A DNA stretch of 63,616 nucleotides, filler included, from Octopus bimaculoides (taxonomy: Eukaryota): NCBI RefSeq assembly GCF_001194135.2. It is 6 parts of 5 records of this genome, joined end to end, with 100 filler letters (N's around TTAATTAATTAA, not from the genome) between each part and the next. Parts side by side here need not be neighbours in the genome. Positions count along the whole stretch, not along the records: positions 43,811 to 54,704 come from NC_068985.1; positions 54,805 to 62,136 come from NW_026298439.1; positions 62,237 to 63,616 come from NC_068986.1; 3 more parts are not named here. One strand, given 5' to 3'. The notes under the pieces are model-generated. The model worked only from the letters and a program-made list of their open reading frames with translations, had not been told where the DNA came from and made no database searches. Made by a program: the position numbers and the translations under genes. Below are positions 52,316 through 63,616 of the stretch, piece by piece; within the stretch, counting starts at the first letter, position 1; every line of letters starts with the position of its first letter.

Positions 52316-53277
52316 GGTTATATACATATACAAAATGCACGGGTGCAAAAGATAGTAAACAATGAAAATAACTGGGTAACGGAAATTATATTATACGACA
52401 GGCTGACAGAAAATACGGGGAATAACGAATTGTACGGGCTGAAGCGAAATTTGTCAGTGAACCAAAGAGCAAGTATTGAAGGAACCAGAACAAAAAACGT
52501 TAACAACAGAAAACCACAAGACCATTATAAAATTAAATAAGACATTTGTAGGGAAATTAATTAAATGTACGGATTTAATTGAAATGTTTGAAGTTACTTC
52601 TGTCAGTAAATTATGAACTTACTTTTATCAGTAATTCCGTCAACAACAATAAAAAAAAAACACAAAGCGTTGCAAAAGTAAATAAGAAATTCCTAGGTAA
52701 ATTTAACAAATTGTACGGATTGAAGTGAGATTTATGAAGTTACATCTGTCAGTAAACTTTGTATGCAATTGCTTTCATCAGTAATTGTGAAATTCTTTCT
52801 ATCAGTAATTTGTCGTGTTTTTTTTTGTTTTTTTTTTGTAAATAGCAATTGAAAACTTACAGTTAAAACAAGGGCTATTGAACTTAAAGTGAAAACAGTA
52901 GCGTCTGAAATATGAAAGTGAAAACAAAAGCGAGTGAGCGAGGTATAGAGAGAGGGGGACAGAGAGAGCTAGCCACTTAGATATAGATAGAAGAGGGATA
53001 ATCAATTTCTGAAATATACTTCGGAAAGTGTCACCTCCCTTTTCCACGTAACCCAAGACCGGGTGTCTTCTGCACCCTAGGGGGCCGCCCGTTACTTATT
53101 ATGTGAAAAATTCCGAGAGTCTAAAACCATCTCCAGAACATAAGTAATGTATGCTCCCAGTTTGGAGAAAATCAGTGGAAAAATACGGCCGTTATAATCT
53201 TTTACATACACACACACACACACACACACACAGAACGGGATTAATATTATAGATATATTTATAGTAAATATATAATC

Positions 53278-53308
<31 letters not shown>

Positions 53309-53539
53309 ACATGTGTGTGTATGTATGCATGTATGTGTGTGTATGTATGTATGCATGTATGTATGTGTGTAACACACAATCTGCATGACTAAGACATTTT
53401 AACGTCATCAAAACGAATTTTCCAACCCTGAGACAAATAGAAAAATTGAAAAACATAATAAGTAATCAAACATTTATTTTAAGTAAAAGGTAACAAGATA
53501 AACTAAAGAGACTATTAATAAAGGCAAAATTCACCATGA

Positions 53540-53965
53540 CCAATCAGGATAAGTCATTCACAGTATCCAAGTGTAATGATAACAGACTTGAAATGTGTCA
53601 ATACATGCATACTGGTAGATCCATTAGAAGGAAAAAATGGACAGATTTTCACGAATGCAGATATGAACTGTAAAAGCAGAAATCTGATCTACAGCATTAA
53701 ACGCACTAATTGCCAGGAACTACACATTGGCGAACAAAGAATGCATTATCGGAACGCTCACGTCTTCACAGACAGTAAAGAAGGAACACTAATGTTCACC
53801 AAATTCCATTGAGCGATTATATACAGAAGCATGTGTTCAGAAAATGTTTCTAATTTTCCCATTCCACAAACTACATGACACAAGTGAGGTGACATGTAGT
53901 TGGAAGAAAGATAAAAGAAAACGTTTCATTAAAATGTTCGAACCTGTTCTGAACGAAAATAACAA
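53540..53965 (+). mobile_element. Penelope-like retroelement GIY-YIG endonuclease remnant
   Basis: Frameshifted peptides KCNDNR..CQYM, NCKSRNLIYSIK(R)TNCQELHIGE and RKRFIKMFEPVLN are typical of the PLE C-terminal GIY-YIG region. Confidence 0.75.
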
Positions 53966-54489
53966 TAATAACACTGGGAAACATTTTTTTTGTCTGTTGC
54001 CTGGAATATTTCAATGAATTGATTTTTGCCTGTTAAATTCAAAAATAACATCAGTTTTTTTCTCTATCAGGTCTTGTCAGAAGACTAGCGATGATAGAGT
54101 ATTTTATTCATAGAAGACGCATATAACATTGGACACCAAAAAGAAATTTTTTGTCTGGTGCCTGGAACATTTCACTGAATTACGTGATTTTGCCTGCTAA
54201 ATTCAAAAATATCTTCAGTTTTTCTCTATCACATCTAGTTTTCTGACTAAATCAGACAGAGTAAGTATTTTATACATACAAGAGGCATATAGAGTGAATC
54301 AATAAAGAGAGAACAATACAAAACAAAGTTGTAGTATATTGTCAACTTAATGTGACAATCCCAATAAGGGAATACACTACTGCTGTTTAGCCCTAGGAAG
54401 CTGGACCGCTTCCTGTCGGCCCTGACACAATTACTGTGTCCTTAAGTTTGTGAAGGGGAGACAAGCTCCCCCACCCAGCCTAACTAGCA

Positions 54490-54532
54490 TTCAAGGACAT
54501 GTTTCTGAGTCTTTGCTCGTCATCAGCCTGAA
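54490..54532 (-). ncRNA. Minimal type I hammerhead ribozyme motif
   Basis: Minus strand reads ttcagg-CTGATGA-C-GAG-caaaga-CTC-A-GAAAC-AT-GTC-cttgaa: intact core, 6-bp stem I, 3-bp stem II with a C.A closing mismatch, palindromic stem III (ACATGT), GUC triplet. Confidence 0.65.
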
Positions 54533-55721
54533 GTAGCTTGCCAATTCTCTTTATTACGATAATAAAATATCATACATAGATGGGACAATACAGGACACTA
54601 CAAACATTTAAGAATTGTCATTTAGTGAGTCTTTTTAGCTTTTTTTAAAAAAAAATATACGTTTAAAAATATATATATTTAAAAATTTTTCTACAAAACT
54701 TTGANNNNNNNNNNNNNNNNNNNNNNNNNNNNNNNNNNNNNNNNNNNNTTAATTAATTAANNNNNNNNNNNNNNNNNNNNNNNNNNNNNNNNNNNNNNNN
54801 NNNNTGTATGCTGTGTAAATTTATGAAATATAAGCAAATGAACGAAATAGCACATATATGGAACTGCAAATTTAACGGTAAATGCCACAATAATTATTAC
54901 AGAGAGACAAAGAATTTTATGTCTTACCTTGCAACTTCTGCGATAATTATCATCTGGTAATGGAACCGTAAATATGTATCGTTTATCATCTGGTAAAGAA
55001 ACCGTAAATATGTATTGTTTTAAAGGAAATGAATATAAAATTTTGTATTGACACTGGCCAACTCACACTTCACGCATGTCAGTCGTCCACAAAGTATATA
55101 AAACAAGCAACACACAACAGGGAGAAAGAGACAAAAATAAAATAACACGAGTCAAAATTTTTTTTCTTTCTAAAAACGTTCAATGACGTTAACTGGAGTG
55201 TGGGTTCGAGTAGACGTCATTCCACCTTTTGATTTATCATTACCATTCTTTTCGTTCGATTTTATTTTTTCCTCCACTTTTTTTTTCCTGTCCTAGTGTT
55301 GTTCCCCTCTGTGTTTCGACCCTGTGTGGTCAATAAAAAAATTAAGTCGTCAGGTATGTATATGTATGTGTAGATGTGTATGCGTGTGTATGTGTGCTTA
55401 ATAACGTACCGTATATAGTATGTCTGTACTTTTGTATGCAGTATAAATTAAGGAAACAGAAGCACTTGTACAGAGAGACAAAGAATTATATATTTTACTT
55501 GCCAACCTTGGAACAGTAAATGTATATTGTTTTAAAGGAAATGAAAATAAAATTTCGTATTAACACTTCACGCATGGCAGTCGTCAGGTATGTCTGCGTA
55601 GATCTGTAAGTGCTTAATAACGTACCGTGATAATATGTCTGTATTTTCGTATGCAGTGTAAATTAATCCCCCAAAATTTACAGTATCGAAATGTTTCAGT
55701 TTTGATACTGAAATAGTGGAA

Positions 55722-55761
<40 letters not shown>

Positions 55762-55763
<2 letters not shown>

Positions 55764-55851
55764 TTATCTTGGGCATGTATCTTTTACTACAGCCTCGAGC
55801 CGACCAAAGCCTTGTGAGTGGATTTGGCAGCCGGAAAGTGAAAGAAGCCCA

Positions 55852-55895
<44 letters not shown>

Positions 55896-55960
55896 AGATA
55901 TATAGATATATATACATTTATACATATATATATATATTGCTTATATATATACATTTATAC

Positions 55961-55992
<32 letters not shown>

Positions 55993-56110
55993 ATATATAT
56001 CCATGAGTGTGTGTGATTTTGAGCCTGTATTTGTCCCTTACCACCCCTTTGACAACCGGTGTTGGTGTGCAAAAGGGACCGATAGAATAAGTACCAGGCT
56101 TAAAAAAGAA
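55762..56110 (+). mobile_element. SINE family B, partial
   Basis: CTTGGGC...GCCGACCAAAGCCTTGTGAGTGGATTTGG...GATAGAATAAGTACCAGGC. Confidence 0.7.
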
Positions 56111-56234
56111 TAGGTACATATATACAGGTTGTGTGTCGTTAACCAGCTGGGAAAGATGTTTTGCTGGGGTTAAAAGGTTTTGATATAGTTCTACATTGAA
56201 CAGCCAGTTTATATTGGCAAATAAACTTTATATA

Positions 56235-56396
56235 TACGACGGGCTTCCGAACAGTTTCTGTTTACCAAATCGACTCAAAGTTTTGGTCGGCACGGAGCTT
56301 ATAGTAAGGGACATTTGGTCAAGCTGCTACTCAGTGAGATTGAAACTGGAACTATGTAGTTGGGTGGCAAACTTCTAACCACACAGCCACACCTGC
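56235..56396 (-). mobile_element. SINE family B head
   Basis: Reverse complement of the family B 5' half. Confidence 0.65.
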
Positions 56397-57358
56397 ATAT
56401 ATTATAAACACACACAGACATGTACGTACAAACACACACACACACACACACACACACANNNNNNNNNNNNNNNNNNNNNNNNNNNNNNNNNNNNNNNNNN
56501 NNNNNNNNNNNNNNNNNNNNNNNNNNNNNNNNNNNNNNNNNNNNNNNNNNNNNNNNNNNNNNNNNNNNNNNNNNNNNNNNNNNNNNNNNNNNNNNNNNNN
56601 NNNNNNNNNNNNNNNNNNNNNNNNNNNNNNNNNNNNNNNNNNNNNNNNNNNNNNNNNNNNNNNNNNNNNNNNNNNNNNNNNNNNNNNNNNNNNNNNNNNN
56701 NNNNNNNNNNNNNNNNNNNNNNNNNNNNNNNNNNNNNNNNNNNNNNNNNNNNNNNNNNNNNNNNNNNNNNNNNNNNNNNNNNNNNNNNNNNNNNNNNNNN
56801 NNNNNNNNNNNNNNNNNNNNNNNNNNNNNNNNNNNNNNNNNNNNNNNNNNNNNNNNNNNNNNNNNNNNNNNNNNNNNNNNNNNNNNNNNNNNNNNNNNNN
56901 NNNNNNNNNNNNNNNNNNNNNNNNNNNNNNNNNNNNNNNNNNNNNNNNNNNNNNNNNNNNNNNNNNNNNNNNNNNNNNNNNNNNNNNNNNNNNNNNNNNN
57001 NNNNNNNNNNNNNNNNNNNNNNNNNNNNNNNNNNNNNNNNNNNNNNNNNNNNNNNNNNNNNNNNNNNNNNNNNNNNNNNNNNNNNNNNNNNNNNNNNNNN
57101 NNNNNNNNNNNNNNNNNNNNNNNNNNNNNNNNNNNNNNNNNNNNNNNNNNNNNNNNNNNNNNNNNNNNNNNNNNNNNNNNNNNNNNNNNNNNNNNNNNNN
57201 NNNNNNNNNNNNCGGAATAAAAGCGAATGAAATTAGATTTTACGGCGGTGATAAATAAAATGATAGATAAATATAGCTAATACGAGAAGACACTTAGAAA
57301 TCAAATTATGCTGAATATCGGATAAATATATATATAGAATATTATGTATACATATATC

Positions 57359-57397
<39 letters not shown>

Positions 57398-57459
57398 TAC
57401 ATATGAATGTATGTGTGTGGTTGTGTGCATATATGTATGTATATCTATAAACGCACACT

Positions 57460-57995
57460 CACTGGGTGTTCGGGTTGAATTTAACGATTTTTATGACCCC
57501 TTTTTTCAGAAGAGCTTGTTGTAGTGGTGAAGTCAATGGTGTTGGAGGGTATCAATATTAAAGTTGTAGTTGAGAAAAAGTTAGCTGACATGGCGGACTA
57601 GAAGCCATCTAAATATTGGAAAAGAGTTAGCCGCGCTGGGGGACAAACTTCCGACGTCATGACTGCTGCTCAATGCTCTGTAAACGTTGTAAGGCGTGAC
57701 ATGGACATCGACAATGGAGACTACGAAGCCGTGGCCAGCAGAAAGGGACGCAGCAGGTGTGAGCCTCCAGTGAGGGTGATACCATGCCGCCCAACATCGT
57801 TGAACTGGGCCTCAGGGTCAATTCAGACGGTTACGTGAAACTACTGGAGACTGTGGTCAATCCTTGGCTGGAAGTAATTGTTGCTGGAAGGCTCCTTGCC
57901 ATACCCCAAGAAAGAGCCAGAAGTGGTTATCGGAGAATTTCTATGACTTCATCAACCCCAATTTCTGGCCTCCTAATTCCCCCGAATATTGTGTT
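57460..57995 (+). mobile_element. Tc1/mariner transposase remnant (maT/DD37D-like), 3' end lost
   Basis: LRVNSDGYVKLLETVVNPWL; APCHTPRKSQKWLSENFYDF...WPPNSPE. Putative 5' TIR CTGGGTGTTCGG near 57462. Confidence 0.75.
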
Positions 57996-58216
57996 GGCAC
58001 TCCGTTGCTTACGACGTCGAAGGTTCCAGTTGATCCGATCAACGGAACAGCCTGCTCGTGAAATTAACGTGCAAGTGGCTGAGCACTCCACAGACATGTG
58101 TACCCTTAACGTAGTTCTCGGGGATATTCAGCGTGACACAGTGTGACAAGGCTGACCCTTTGAATTACAGGCACAACAGAAACAGGAAGAAAGAGTGAGA
58201 GAAAGTTGTGGTGGAA
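57995..58216 (-). mobile_element. SINE-like repeat (family E) abutting the mariner remnant
   Basis: Abrupt switch out of transposase sequence into a repeat I recognise from octopus genomes. Runs into an assembly gap. Confidence 0.5.
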
Positions 58217-59032
58217 NNNNNNNNNNNNNNNNNNNNNNNNNNNNNNNNNNNNNNNNNNNNNNNNNNNNNNNNNNNNNNNNNNNNNNNNNNNNNNNNNNNN
58301 NNNNNNNNNNNNNNNNNNNNNNNNNNNNNNNNNNNNNNNNNNNNNNNNNNNNNNNNNNNNNNNNNNNNNNNNNNNNNNNNNNNNNNNNNNNNNNNNNNNN
58401 NNNNNNNNNNNNNNNNNNNNNNNNNNNNNNNNNNNNNNNNNNNNNNNNNNNNNNNNNNNNNNNNNNNNNNNNNNNNNNNNNNNNNNNNNNNNNNNNNNNN
58501 NNNNNNNNNNNNNNNNNNNNNNNNNNNNNNNNNNNNNNNNNNNNNNNNNNNNNNNNNNNNNNNNNNNNNNNNNNNNNNNNNNNNNNNNNNNNNNNNNNNN
58601 NNNNNNNNNNNNNNNNNNNNNNNNNNNNNNNNNNNNNNNNNNNNNNNNNNNNNNNNNNNNNNNNNNNNNNNNNNNNNNNNNNNNNNNNNNNNNNNNNNNN
58701 NNNNNNNNNNNNNNNNNNNNNNNNNNNNNNNNNNNNNNNNNNNNNNNNNNNNNNNNNNNNNNNNNNNNNNNNNNNNNNNNNNNNNNNNNNNNNNNNNNNN
58801 NNNNNNNNNNNNNNNNNNNNNNNNNNNNNNNNNNNNNNNNNNNNNNNNNNNNNNNNNNNNNNNNNNNNNNNNNNNNNNNNNNNNNNNNNNNNNNNNNNNN
58901 NNNNNNNNNNNNNNNNNNNNNNNNNNNNNNNNNNNNNNNNNNNNNNNNNNNNNNNNNNNNNNNNNNNNNNNNNNNNNNNNNNNNNNNNNNNNNNNNNNNN
59001 NNNNNNNNNNNNNNNNNNNNNNNNNNNNNNNN

Positions 59033-59417
59033 TTACTTGTTTCAGACATTTGACTGCGGCCATGCTGGAGCACCGCCTTTAGTCGAACAAATCGATCCCA
59101 GGACTTATTCTTTGTAAGCCTAGTACTTATTCCATCGGTATCTTTTGCCGAACCGCTAGGATACGGGGACGCAAACACACCAGCATCGGTTGTCAAGCGA
59201 TGGTGGGGGGACAAAGGCAGACATACAAGCATACACACACAAACACACACATGTATACGACCGGCTTCTTTCAGTTTCTGTCTACCAAATCCACTCACAA
59301 GGCTTTGGTAGGCACGAGGCTACAGTAGGAGACACATGCACTAGGTGCCACGCAGTGAGACTGAACCCCAAAGCATGTGGTTGGTAAGCAAGCTACTTAC
59401 CACACAGCCACTCCATA
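59033..59417 (-). mobile_element. SINE family B, near-consensus
   Basis: Full reverse-complement copy ending ACCACACAGCCACTCC. Confidence 0.85.
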
Positions 59418-59507
59418 TNNNNNNNNNNNNNNNNNNNNNNNNNNNNNNNNNNNNNNNNNNNNNNNNNNNNNNNNNNNNNNNNNNNNNNNNNNNNNNNNNN
59501 NNNNNNN

Positions 59508-59655
59508 GTAAATAACAAAAGGATGTATTAGTATGACGCTCGGGAATACGGAAAGTCTTTGACGTTTCGAGCTACGCTCTTCAACAGAAAGAATACGGAG
59601 ACAAGGAGAAAAACACGGAGAAAAAAAATTGAATAGTGTTCAGTCAACGGTCAAA
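59508..59655 (-). mobile_element. Penelope-like terminal-repeat fragment (family D) with hammerhead-like motif
   Basis: Minus strand reads tcttt-CTGTTGA-A-GAGC-GTA-GCTC-GAAAC-GTC-aaaga at 59556-59592. Homologous to 32450-32560. Confidence 0.55.
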
Positions 59656-59865
59656 TATATATATATATATATATACAAATAATATGTGAGTATATGCATA
59701 TATACGTACATGTATGCACATACCTACATCTACATGTATATATAGATGCATATCTTCGACAGGACGTCACAAAAAAACGTGGACAAAATGAAAAACCGAA
59801 CATATTAACAAATCTGAAAACTGTAGTTGACGGAAAAGAGCGACCATATAAGTCTTTTTATAATA

Positions 59866-59968
59866 ACTGTAATTATATATTATTTATATCATAACAATAT
59901 ATGCTCCATTTAGAGCGACTAAACCTGGAGCATACATTATTATGATATAAATAATGTATAATTACAGT
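59866..59968. repeat. 43-bp inverted repeat with a 17-nt spacer
   Basis: Arms 59866-59908 and 59926-59968 are 40/43 complementary. Confidence 0.9.
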
Positions 59969-60010
<42 letters not shown>

Positions 60011-60361
60011 AAGTGAGTAGAAATGATTTTTCTGATAATTTAAACATAAACATCTAACTATTAAAAAGTTAAAAAATTATCAGAAAAGCTATTTCTATTC
60101 ATTTTTTGAAATATATAATGTTGTACCAAGCATTTCTATTTCTTATTCTACTACACGCGCGTGCGTGCGTGCGTGCGTGCATGTATGTATGTATATATGT
60201 ATATATGTATGTGTATGTGTTTCTATGTGTGTGTGTGTGCGTGTGTATTGTATAAAAACACGCGCACGTTCTCACCCACGTACACACACACAAACACACA
60301 CATATATAATTTCAATAACTGTGTCACTCGCCCCCATGTGAATTAAAACTTCGTTGGCTCA

Positions 60362-60413
<52 letters not shown>

Positions 60414-61004
60414 CTCCCACAAATGTGTTGAATTACGCTCTTTCGTTCGTCCACTCACTCATTTATATAGATGTATACGTATGTATGTATGTATGTATGT
60501 ATGTATGTATTATGTATGTATGTACGTATCTATCCATCTATCTATCTATAGTTCAAATATATAGAAAACAAAAAGAGAAAGCAGGTGAGCGAGCAACAAG
60601 CTGGTGTTTTGACGTTTCGAGCCTACGTTCGTCAACATACATACACACACATACATAAATACATATACCATGTGGGCGAGTTTTGCCCCCACACAGCTCT
60701 GCAAACTTTCTTAACTCCTCATGTTCTTCCCTATCTTTGTTGTAAATAAAGTTACTAAAATCTATATCGATCTCTTCATCAATTTCCTTTCGCCTCCATT
60801 ATCAATATATTTTGTTAACAATAATTGTCGTTATCCAGCCCTCCAGATCTAGTTTGTGCGTCAGTTCAGTTCGGAAAGCTAAATTAACGTGATACCAAAT
60901 ACACTGTACGTGAAAGCAAAGCGAAATAAGACAGGATGGTCACGGTTGGAGTGCTCTTTGATTATAGTTCCATTCAATTAGGATTGATTTAGGGCTAAAC
61001 AAAA

Positions 61005-61345
61005 GCACCCCACCACACACCACCACCACTACCACCATCACCACGACACCCGCAATTACAACCACTACCACCACAACCACCACTATCACCATCATCACTC
61101 CACCGCTACAAGCAGCAGCGCCACCACCACACACGAACAATCACAGCTACCACCATCACCACCAGCACAAGCAACAGCACTACCACCACTACCACCATCA
61201 CCACCAACATCACCACCCACACCACCACCCACACAATCACTCACACCACCACCACCACCCGCAATTAGAACTACCACCATCACCACCGCTACAAGCAGCA
61301 ACACCATCACCACACACCCACGATCACCACCACCACCACCACCTC
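61005..61345. repeat. (CAC)n-derived low-complexity tract with internal duplications
   Basis: CCCGCAATTA and CCACCGCTACAAGCAGCA each occur twice. Confidence 0.8.
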
Positions 61346-61810
61346 AAACAATGGCTTCTCTAGTTCCTCCATAACTACCACTAACACCTTCCAATCATCA
61401 GAAAAAGATCGCCATTTTGATTTCAAGGAATGACAAATAAATAAATAAATAAATAATCAAATAAATAAATAAATAAATGAATAAATAAATAAATAGAAAG
61501 TAAGGAAACAAAAAATCTTGAAGCATTTTACAAACACCAGAAGAAAAGGGTGCTGTATAAAAATAAAACATCTAGCTACAAAGTCACGTCAAGATTTCTA
61601 TTCTGCAGGGACCTGATCATCGTAAAAATAAAACACTAGCAAAGACTACAAAGAGACCAATAACAGTAATTACAACAGCGAAGACAGCAACAATGACGAC
61701 AGGGAGGACGACGATAACCATGGCAAAGAATACGAGCGTTTATAAAGAGAAACACGCCAATTATAAAAGAGAACTAAGAAAGATCTGGCAAAAACAATAA
61801 GATGAAGGAG

Positions 61811-61846
<36 letters not shown>

Positions 61847-62281
61847 AGGAGAGAGAGGGAGAGAGGGGGAAGGGAGAGAGAGAGAGAAAGAGAGTGTGTG
61901 AGAAAGGTGAAGACGGAGAGTATGAGAGAGAGAGAGAGAGAGTAGAAAAAATAAAATAATAAAAACTAGCTGGTATACATACATGTATACGCACACACAT
62001 ATATATGTGTATGTATGTATATATATATACATATATAACTATTTTATATATATGTTTTAAATAATATATATATATGTATGTATATATATATAAATAGTAT
62101 ATATATATATACACACACACATATATATATATATATNNNNNNNNNNNNNNNNNNNNNNNNNNNNNNNNNNNNNNNNNNNNTTAATTAATTAANNNNNNNN
62201 NNNNNNNNNNNNNNNNNNNNNNNNNNNNNNNNNNNNTCTTTTGTTTTCGTTTTTCTTTTATTCATATATTATATATGCTTG

Positions 62282-62337
<56 letters not shown>

Positions 62338-62353
62338 GGTGTGTATGTGTGAG

Positions 62354-62386
<33 letters not shown>

Positions 62387-62543
62387 ATTTGCGAGGGAAG
62401 AAATTAGTTTAAATAAACTATACATCTGTAGATAGATATACACAGATACACACTGACACGCAGACGCACACATACACACATACATACACATAGACATACA
62501 TACTTATATGCATGTAAGTACACACATATACCGAAATACACGC

Positions 62544-62577
<34 letters not shown>

Positions 62578-62624
62578 AGTACACAGATATTCCGTATTCA
62601 TACAAATACACACACACGCGCACA

Positions 62625-62688
<64 letters not shown>

Positions 62689-62984
62689 CACGCATAAGAT
62701 ATATAAATATATACTGTTGTATTAAAGGTCGCTGCGAGGGCATTGGTGAAACATATTGGCCTGGTTACGCTCCTTGAAATTCAAGTAGGCTGTTCACTAT
62801 TCTCAACCATCCGTTTTATCTGTTTGCAGTAAGCTTCTCATACGTCCGGAAATATATTCCCAGCACGGGCCATCTTATTAAAAAATAACTCAAAAAGCAC
62901 ACGCACACACATACAAAATTAGTGCATATGATTTCTTCGAATGGGAACCGTCACCACACTAACTGGACGTCAATATTAAGGTCG

Positions 62985-63200
62985 TAAAATCGGCGAGCTG
63001 GCAGAATCGTTAGCACGCTGGGCAAAATGCTTGTCATTTCCTCCGTCAGTATGCTCTGAGTTCAAATTCCGCTGAGGTCGACATTGTATTTCATCCTTTT
63101 GAGGTCGATAAAATAAGTACCAGCTGAATACTAGGGTCGAAGTAATCGACTTATCGCGTCCCTCGAAATTGCTGGCCTTGTGCAAAAATTTGAAATCAAT
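62985..63200 (+). mobile_element. SINE family A
   Basis: Full monomer. Confidence 0.85.
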
Positions 63201-63286
63201 ATTAATAAGAACGTAAATAAGTCAGGCAGTGAATTTACAAATCTGATAATCATGCATGCCTGCATACATACATACATACAACCATA

Positions 63287-63327
<41 letters not shown>

Positions 63328-63616
63328 TACCTATATACCTACCTACATAAATATCTCTATGTAATAAAAAAGCAGTCATGTACAAAAATGTTTTTTTTTG
63401 CAATCGGTTGTGTCCCAGAAGAAAAGCATTGCACATGCATGTGACAAAACCAGGTGAAGCTACTGCCGTGTTATCACCATCACTGGATTACATTATTCAG
63501 CCAATGAAATCAATTATCATCGGTAAATTCCGCTGTTTCCTTCAGGCCTACCCAAATTTTTTGAATCGTGACCACCTTTTTAAAGAGATTTGTCTTGACC
63601 CACGCTCCGTTTGCTA

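Noticed and set aside
61640-61745. Minus-strand 34-aa hydrophobic ORF (MVIVVLPVVIVAV...)
   Set aside because: Derived from GTT/GTC-rich low-complexity sequence; no independent support.

Overview
AT-rich, microsatellite-dense, gapped eukaryotic DNA. Its SINE families point to an octopus genome (inference). Five identical 100-bp spacers (44 N + TTAATTAATTAA + 44 N) divide the window into six separately joined pieces. The only host protein-coding sequence I can support is the first coding exon of a Bsx (brain-specific homeobox) orthologue at 43178-43490 (+). It has an eh1 motif, two poly-Ala tracts and a GTAAGT donor; no homeodomain exon is visible. There is one intact tRNA-Ser(UGA) plus a decayed copy. 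The rest is intronic or intergenic DNA filled with tRNA-derived SINEs, degraded LINEs (RTE, L1/Tx1, HERO-like, R4-like), a Penelope GIY-YIG remnant, hAT, mariner and Helitron remnants, and MITEs. I found no new multi-gene system. The best leads are a minimal hammerhead ribozyme motif (54490-54532, -), a repeated core-variant hammerhead-like motif (3 copies), two long foldback hairpins, and a possible frameshifted exon (60669-60799, -). Most ORF-track entries are microsatellite or gap artefacts. Repeat boundaries are approximate (about +/-20 bp) unless termini are quoted.
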